Source: a bacterium (GTDB lineage Bacteria; UBA8248). Taken from it: a stretch of 64,000 bases of DNA. The stretch lies in contig OZ253442.1 of the NCBI GenBank assembly GCA_965261085.1, positions 288,001 through 352,000 on the forward strand. Reading direction: 5' to 3'. The stretch's first letter is position 1. Each line of letters begins with the position of its first letter. Shown here piece after piece: positions 58,096 to 64,000 of this stretch. A model generated the notes under the pieces. The model worked only from the letters and a program-made list of their open reading frames with translations, was not told the origin of the DNA and ran no database searches. Made by a program: the position numbers and the translations under genes.

Positions 58096-58785
58096 TTGGC
58101 TTCCGATAAGGTATATCCATCATCCAAAGCCGCCATCGCCGATATACCCGATGGCGCCACCATTCTGCTGGGCGGGTTCGGCGGCGCTGGCATCCCGGAA
58201 AATCTCCTGCTCGCCATGGCCGATCATCCCGCGCGTGATTTGACCATCGTCACCAACCACGCGGGTTTCGGCGAGCGCGGCCTGGCCGTCCTGCTCAGGC
58301 AGGGGAAGGTGAAGAAGATTATTTGCAGCTACGCCTTCCACAGGAGCGCGTTCGTCTTCCGGGAATTGTTTCTGGAGGGGAAGATCGAACTGGAACAACT
58401 CCCCCAGGGGACCATGGCCGAGAGAATCCGGGCGGCGGGCGCGGGAATTTCCGCTTTCTACACGCCCACCGGCGTCGGCACTCAGGCCGCAGAGGGAAAA
58501 GAGACCCGCACCATTAACGGACGCGAGAGCGTGCTCGAATATCCCCTTCCCGGTGACGTCGCCATCATCAAGGCGTATCGGGCCGACAGTACGGGAAACC
58601 TCACCTACCGGGGCACGGCGGGAAACTTCAACCCCGTCATGGCGACGGCGGCTCCGCTCACCATCGCCGAAGTGGAGGAAATCGTGGCCCCCGGCGTCAT
58701 CGCGCCCGAGAGCGTGCATACGCCGTCAATATACGTGCAAAGAGTCGTGAGAGGAGAAGACCTTGGCCTTCGATCCGAGACTTAG
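58096..58785 (+). CDS. 3-oxoacid CoA-transferase subunit A
   Basis: GGFG..GIPE, PQGTMAERIRAAGAGI..FYTPTG and NFNP. Confidence 0.92.
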   Translation: MASDKVYPSSKAAIADIPDGATILLGGFGGAGIPENLLLAMADHPARDLTIVTNHAGFGERGLAVLLRQGKVKKIICSYAFHRSAFVFRELFLEGKIELEQLPQGTMAERIRAAGAGISAFYTPTGVGTQAAEGKETRTINGRESVLEYPLPGDVAIIKAYRADSTGNLTYRGTAGNFNPVMATAAPLTIAEVEEIVAPGVIAPESVHTPSIYVQRVVRGEDLGLRSET

Positions 58786-59458
58786 AGGCTGCGCCCTCAA
58801 GCCGGCCGACATCGCGCGGCGCGTGGCCGCGGAACTGCCCGACGGCGCGGTGGTGAACCTGGGCATCGGCGTGCCCACGCTGGTGGGCAATTACGTGGAA
58901 GCTGAGCGCGGCGTGATGTTCATGGCGGAAAACGGCATCATCGGCGCAGGCCCGAGACCGGAGGCCGGCCAGGAGGATAAGGATTACATCAACGCATCCA
59001 GAGAACCCATCACCACGCTTCCGGGCGCCTCGGTGTTCGGACACGCCGACGCCTTCGCCATGATACGCGGCGGCCACATCGATATCGCCGTCATGGGCGC
59101 GCTGCAAGTCTCGGCCCAAGGCGATCTGGCGAACTGGACGGTTCCCGGTCTGGGCAAGGGCGGCATCGGCGGAGCGATGGACCTGGCCGCAGGCGCGCGC
59201 GAGGTCTACGCCGTCATGACCCACACCATGAAAGACGGCGGCCTGAAGCTTTTAGAAGAGTGCGCCTACCCCCTCACCGCGAAAGGCGTCGTCACCAAGC
59301 TGTTCACCGACATCGCCTTCATCGAGTTCACGCCCGAAGGCCCCCTTCTCAGGGAAGTGGCCGAAGGCCTCACGATAGAGGACGTGCAGGAAGTGAGCGA
59401 GCCTAAGCTCATCACGAACGGGCCGCTGGGCGTGCTGACGCGCGAGGAAGCCCCATGA
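58763..59458 (+). CDS. 3-oxoacid CoA-transferase subunit B
   Basis: VNLGIGVP, AENG, IRGGH, GDLANW and GGAMDL. Confidence 0.92.
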   Translation: MAFDPRLRGCALKPADIARRVAAELPDGAVVNLGIGVPTLVGNYVEAERGVMFMAENGIIGAGPRPEAGQEDKDYINASREPITTLPGASVFGHADAFAMIRGGHIDIAVMGALQVSAQGDLANWTVPGLGKGGIGGAMDLAAGAREVYAVMTHTMKDGGLKLLEECAYPLTAKGVVTKLFTDIAFIEFTPEGPLLREVAEGLTIEDVQEVSEPKLITNGPLGVLTREEAP

Positions 59459-60675
59459 CGCGCGCAGGCAGTGGACTCTCCGCCAACCCCGACTCCGCCG
59501 CCGCCGCGCGCGAAGCGATTGAAGAGGCCATGGCGGAGGCGAAGCTAGACGCTGCTTCTCTCGTCTTTTTGTTCGCGACGCCCGGACACCTGCAACGATG
59601 GCCCGAGGTGATCGCCGCCGCTGTGGAGGGAACGGGCGGAGCGCGCGTCGTCGGCTGCACAGGCTTCGGCGTCATGACGGCTCAGGGCGAAATCGAGCGA
59701 ACGCCGGGAATCTCGGTTCTGGCGGTCGGCGGCGACGCCCCACCCGCAGCGCCTTTTCTCGTCGAGGGTCTGGGCGACGCGCCCTTGGAGTGCGGGCGCG
59801 CCATCGGCCGGGCGGCGAAAAAAGACTTAGGCGATGCGCTCGTTCATGAGAGTCCGCCCCTGGTCGTCATCATGCCCGACAGCTATCACCTCCGCGCGGA
59901 AGCGCTTTTCCAGGGAATTCACGAGGAACTTGGGAGTGAGGCCATCATCGTGGGAGGCGGCGCCGCAGAGGACGGCTCGACCGGGAGAACCTTTCAGTTC
60001 CTGGACGGACAGGTGCAGACCAACGCCGTCTCGGGCGTGGTATTCGCGGGCGCGCCGAAGCGGTTCATCGGGATATCGCAGGCTTATCTGCCTACCGGCG
60101 AGCCGAAACTCATTACGCGGGCGGAGGAGAACATCATCTGGGAAATCTCCGGGGAGCGCGCGTTCGACGCCTTCGCCGAGGCGGCGGGTCCGGAATGGAT
60201 GGAGAACATCCAGCACGCCGCCATGAACCTGTTCATCGGTATTCCGGGAGATCCGGACAAGGTCGTTCTCGATCACGGCGAGTACATCGTGCGGCCCATC
60301 GTGGGGGCGGACGAGGAGCGAGGCATCATCGCCCTGCCGACGCCGGTGAAAACCGGCCAGGCCATCACCTTCGCCAAACGGGACGGCCCTCGCGCGAGAG
60401 AGGACCTCCGCACGATGCTGGAAAAAGGGGCGCGGCGCTTCTCCACTCCCCAGGGAGAAAACGCGCGCGCGTTCGGCCTTTATTTCAATTGCGCGGGCCG
60501 GGGCAGTTCCCTCTACGGGGAGACGGATGTGGACGCAGGCGCGATTCGGGAGAAGATGCGCGGGTTGCCCGTCGCGGGTTTCTTCACGGGTTCCGAGATT
60601 GCGCCCATCGGAGAAATCGACCACCTCCACCAGTATTCCGGCGTCCTGGTGCTGCTGGGAGAGGACGCGGCTTAA
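59455..60675 (+). CDS. FIST N/C domain protein
   Basis: VGCTG...GEIE, GGGA, FNCAGRG and GFFTGSEIAP. Confidence 0.85.
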   Translation: MTRAGSGLSANPDSAAAAREAIEEAMAEAKLDAASLVFLFATPGHLQRWPEVIAAAVEGTGGARVVGCTGFGVMTAQGEIERTPGISVLAVGGDAPPAAPFLVEGLGDAPLECGRAIGRAAKKDLGDALVHESPPLVVIMPDSYHLRAEALFQGIHEELGSEAIIVGGGAAEDGSTGRTFQFLDGQVQTNAVSGVVFAGAPKRFIGISQAYLPTGEPKLITRAEENIIWEISGERAFDAFAEAAGPEWMENIQHAAMNLFIGIPGDPDKVVLDHGEYIVRPIVGADEERGIIALPTPVKTGQAITFAKRDGPRAREDLRTMLEKGARRFSTPQGENARAFGLYFNCAGRGSSLYGETDVDAGAIREKMRGLPVAGFFTGSEIAPIGEIDHLHQYSGVLVLLGEDAA

Positions 60676-60713
60676 AGAAAAACATTTCCTCATCATTCAC
60701 GGGAGCGGGTCTT

Positions 60714-61142
60714 ATGGGATACAGCACGGGAAACATCATCGTCACCACCCTGCATGTTCTGAGCGCCATTCTGGCGGTCGGCGGCGTGGCCTTTCTTCGT
60801 TTCGTGGTCATCCCGACGGCGGCGTCATTGCCCGAATCCGAGCGTGGGCCCTTCATGGGGAAAATCCAGAAAAGATTCGTGCCGATCCTGCACGGCTCGT
60901 TCTTGATCCTGATATTGACGGGGCTTCACCACCTCACCCGCCTCGTGCGGAGCGGACTCGCCATTCCGGGATCGCTGGTCGTGAAAATCATCCTGGCGCT
61001 CGTCATCATCTTCGTGGGCGTCGCGCTCACCATCCCCAGAGGCTTCGAGGGCATGAAGGCGCAGCGCAAGACGTGGCTCCTGTTAAACCTCATCCTCGCC
61101 CTCATCGTCGTCTACCTGGGCATCTCGGTCACCCACGGATAG
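60714..61142 (+). CDS. Four-TM membrane protein (CopD-like)
   Basis: LHVLSAILAVGG..F, LTG and KIILAL pattern; ATG at 60714. Confidence 0.6.
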   Translation: MGYSTGNIIVTTLHVLSAILAVGGVAFLRFVVIPTAASLPESERGPFMGKIQKRFVPILHGSFLILILTGLHHLTRLVRSGLAIPGSLVVKIILALVIIFVGVALTIPRGFEGMKAQRKTWLLLNLILALIVVYLGISVTHG

Positions 61143-61165
61143 GGAATCAAAGGAGAGCGCAGGCG

Positions 61166-62167
61166 ATGCGAGCAGGCTGGTACGAGCGCAAGGGAGACGC
61201 GCGCGAGGTCATCGAAATCGGGGAGATGGAAACACCCGAACCCGGCCCCGGGGAAATCAGGGTCCGGCTTCACGCATCTGGCGTGAATCCCACGGATTGC
61301 AAGCGCCGCGCCGGCCATGGGGCCGAGGATTGGGGCTATTTCGAGCATTTTCCGGATTTTCCGAGAACCATCCCGAACAACGACGGCGCGGGCGTCGTGG
61401 ACAAAATTGGACCGGGCGCGAGTGGGCATGAGGTCGGCGCGCGGGTGTGGGTCTACAACGCGCGCTACAAACGCGCGTTCGGCACATCAGCGCAATACGT
61501 CTGCCTGCCCGATAAGTTTCTGTTTCGGCTTCCGGAGGAAACCACCTTCTCAGAGGGAGCGTGCCTCGGCATTCCCGCCATGACGGCCCACCGCTGCCTG
61601 TTCGCGGACGGCCCCATCACAGGCAAAACGGTGCTGGTGACGGGCGGCGCGGGCCGCGTGGGAACCTACGCGGTGCAACTGGCGAAATGGGGGGGTGCGA
61701 GCGTCATCGCAACGGTGAGTTCAGACGCCAAGGGGAAGCGCGCGTCTTCCGCCGATCATCTCATCAACTACCGCGAAGAAGACGTCGCAGAAAAGATACT
61801 GGAAATCACCGATGGCGCGGGCGTGGACCGCGTGGTGGACGTGAACCTGGGCGTGAACTGGGAGACGAACTACAAAATCCTGAAAATCGGCGGCGTCATC
61901 GCTTCTTATTCCTCGATGGGGGATCGAATGCCCCGCTTTCCCCACTATGAACTCATGCTCAACAACATCACCATTCGCCTGGTGATGATCCACTGCTGTC
62001 CGCCCGAGGCCCTGGCCCATGCGGGGAGAGACGCCACCCGCGCGATGGACGATGGCGCGCTCTCCCACCACATCGCGGAGCGTTTCCCGCTCGATGAACT
62101 CGCAAGCGCGCACGAGGCCGTGGAGCAAGGCGAAGCGGTGGGCAACGTAGTGGTGGAAATCGACTAG
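61166..62167 (+). CDS. NADPH:quinone reductase (zeta-crystallin/MDR family)
   Basis: SGVNPTD, DGAGVV, GIPAMTAH and GGAGRVG; AGGAG RBS. Confidence 0.9.
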   Translation: MRAGWYERKGDAREVIEIGEMETPEPGPGEIRVRLHASGVNPTDCKRRAGHGAEDWGYFEHFPDFPRTIPNNDGAGVVDKIGPGASGHEVGARVWVYNARYKRAFGTSAQYVCLPDKFLFRLPEETTFSEGACLGIPAMTAHRCLFADGPITGKTVLVTGGAGRVGTYAVQLAKWGGASVIATVSSDAKGKRASSADHLINYREEDVAEKILEITDGAGVDRVVDVNLGVNWETNYKILKIGGVIASYSSMGDRMPRFPHYELMLNNITIRLVMIHCCPPEALAHAGRDATRAMDDGALSHHIAERFPLDELASAHEAVEQGEAVGNVVVEID

Positions 62168-62175
62168 GCGGAGAA

Positions 62176-63399
62176 TCAGACGACGCGCAGTTTCTTGAGG
62201 CCGGACTCCAGGGCGTCGAGCGTCTTGTCGATCTGGGCTTCGGTGTGCGTCGCCATCAGGGTGGCCCTGAGCCTGCTCGTACCCTCGGGCACCGTGGGCG
62301 GGCGAATGGCCAGCAGGTAGATGCCCGCCTCCATCAGATACTCCGCGAGCGCCAGCGTTTTTTCCGTATCCTTGATGATGATGGGGAAAATCGGAATCTC
62401 GGCCCCCGGCGGCGGATCGTTCACCCGGATACCAATGTAGCGCAATCCGGCGCGAAAGCGCGCGCACAGGCTCCCCAGATTCTCCCGGCGGCGCTCCCCC
62501 TCGGCTCCCTCTACAATGCGAATGGCGGCGCGAGAGGCGGCGGCCACGGCGGGCGGGAGGCTCGTCGAGTAGATATAGGGCCGCGCCTTGTTGATGAGGT
62601 AATCCACGACCTCCGAATCCGCGCAGGCGAACGCGCCATAAGAGGCCAGCGCCTTTCCCAGCGTGCCCATCGATACCGAAACCTCATCCTCCACCCCGAA
62701 ATAAGCGCCACTCCCCCTGCCTCCTTCACCGAGAACCCCCGTGCCGTGCGCGTCATCCACCACGAGCATCGCGCCGTATGTACGCACGAGGGAGCAGATT
62801 CCGGGCAGCGGCGCCAAATCCCCATCCATGCTGAAGACCCCGTCCGTCACGATGAGCTTTCGTCGCGCGCCGGAGGCTTTCTTCAAGGCGTCTTCCAGGT
62901 AATTCAGGTTCCCGTGCGGATAGACGTGCACGCGCGCCCGGGAGAGCCGGCAGCCATCCACGATGCTCGCGTGGTTGAGCGCGTCGCTGAAAACTGCGTC
63001 GTCCTCACCGGCCAGAGCCGTGATGAGTCCTAAATTCGCCAGAAACCCCGAGCCGAAAACGAGGGCGGCGGCCTTTCGCTTAAAAGCGGCCAGCGCCCTC
63101 GCCAACTCCTCATGCGCGGCCATGTGGCCGGAAATCAGCGGGGAGGCTGCGCCGCTCGCGCCCGCGGCCCGCGCGGCTTCCACGGACGCCTCGATCAAGG
63201 CGGGATAGTTGGCGAGGCCCAGATAGTTGTTGCTCGAGAAGTTGACGAGGGTTCTCCCGCCATAACGCATGGTCGGCCCCTGCATCCCCTCGATGGTGCG
63301 CAAACCACGGCGCAGGTTGGCGCCTGAGAGTTCGCGCAACTCATGGTCGAGCTGCGCCTTCCAGTGCTGTGGGGTGATTTCTTCGCGCGCTTCATCCAT
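62176..63399 (-). CDS. bioF: 8-amino-7-oxononanoate synthase
   Basis: SSNNYLGL, NHASIVDG, DGVFSMDGD, DDAHG, GTLGKA and IRPPTVP. Confidence 0.9.
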   Translation of the reverse strand: MDEAREEITPQHWKAQLDHELRELSGANLRRGLRTIEGMQGPTMRYGGRTLVNFSSNNYLGLANYPALIEASVEAARAAGASGAASPLISGHMAAHEELARALAAFKRKAAALVFGSGFLANLGLITALAGEDDAVFSDALNHASIVDGCRLSRARVHVYPHGNLNYLEDALKKASGARRKLIVTDGVFSMDGDLAPLPGICSLVRTYGAMLVVDDAHGTGVLGEGGRGSGAYFGVEDEVSVSMGTLGKALASYGAFACADSEVVDYLINKARPYIYSTSLPPAVAAASRAAIRIVEGAEGERRRENLGSLCARFRAGLRYIGIRVNDPPPGAEIPIFPIIIKDTEKTLALAEYLMEAGIYLLAIRPPTVPEGTSRLRATLMATHTEAQIDKTLDALESGLKKLRVV

Positions 63400-63533
63400 C
63401 TGGTCATTGTAGAAAACAAAAGCGCGCCCGAAAAGCCGGGGGCGGCGAAACTCTTGCGCCGCCGGCGCAATGGTGTCATTTTCTGAAGAGATAGCGGTGG
63501 TGCGGATTCATCCCGACTTGAAAGGAGCTTCAT

Positions 63534-63908
63534 TTGAACTGGCTTTGGGTGGCGGGAGGCGGCGCAATCGGAAGCGCGCTTCGCTACGGACTCGCACTCT
63601 TCGTGCAAAGATCGCTGGGCGCAAGCTGGCCCTTCGGCACACTGATGGCCAACCTCATCGGCTCATTCGTCATCGGGTGCATGTACGAGTTGCTCGTCTC
63701 CAGGGAACTGTTCAGTGAGGAAGTCCGCCTGTTCGCCATGGTAGGGCTCCTGGGCGGGTTCACCACGTTTTCCGCCTTCAGCCTGGAGACCCTCCTCATG
63801 TTCCAGGAAGGCGACTGGCTTCTCGCCGCGTTCTACGTCGCCCTCTCGGTCGCGGGGTGCCTGCTCGCAGTCTGGGCGGGGTTTCAGTTCACCGCCGCGG
63901 TTGGGTGA
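63534..63908 (+). CDS. crcB: Fluoride efflux channel CrcB/FluC
   Basis: GGAIGSALRY, PFGTLMAN and GLLGGFTTFSAFS. Confidence 0.93.
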   Translation: MNWLWVAGGGAIGSALRYGLALFVQRSLGASWPFGTLMANLIGSFVIGCMYELLVSRELFSEEVRLFAMVGLLGGFTTFSAFSLETLLMFQEGDWLLAAFYVALSVAGCLLAVWAGFQFTAAVG

Positions 63909-64000
63909 GGCATCAAGGTTTACACCCTGCCTCATCTAAGACAAGACGCTTTTATCCATTTGATAAATTTTCTTTTGTGCGGAAGAAATGAAAACTTCGG

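Noticed and set aside
63400-63533. Fluoride riboswitch upstream of crcB
   Set aside because: GCAATGGTGTC resembles the 5' part, but the GCTGATGAC-type 3' pseudoknot segment is absent; it looks more like promoter DNA
21930-63908. Other TGA stops as possible Sec codons (decarboxylase, ACT, NifU-like, scpB, EVE, crcB)
   Set aside because: Each falls at the natural end of the domain, with no redox motif or continuing homology
1-64000. CRISPR arrays, tRNA, rRNA, prophage
   Set aside because: No regularly spaced repeats, cloverleaf or rRNA signatures, or phage genes were seen; intergenic gaps are short

Overview
A GC-rich bacterial chromosomal segment; taxonomy cannot be assigned from the sequence alone. 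All product calls come from motif recognition by eye, with no database searches. 1-20474 (minus strand) holds two tandem, divergent complex I operons: a complete nuoA-N, followed by a second nuoA-B-C-D-H-J-K-L(...) that lacks nuoE, F, G and also nuoI and runs off the window. Next come a PLP histidine-decarboxylase-family gene with an ACT protein, and an intact IS1182 element nested in a REP/MITE-like repeat. A catabolic accessory region follows: amidohydrolase plus NifU-C pair, two MFS paralogs, an HPCD-like dioxygenase whose catalytic His appears replaced by Trp, a cryptic orphan PrdB/GrdB-like selenoprotein (UGA in UxxC, SECIS-like hairpin, and a 1-nt frameshift), a two-gene cobalt nitrile-hydratase/thiocyanate-hydrolase-like module, ACMSD-like paralogs, a triple CycH-C-domain lipoprotein and CoA-transferases. 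The right part has housekeeping genes (scpAB, rluB, PgsA-family, PduO-type, bioF, crcB) and a two-gene GIY-YIG-like nuclease plus DUF6884/YaaA-like cassette interrupted at an A-AAA-AAG slippery site. No rRNA, tRNA or CRISPR array was seen.
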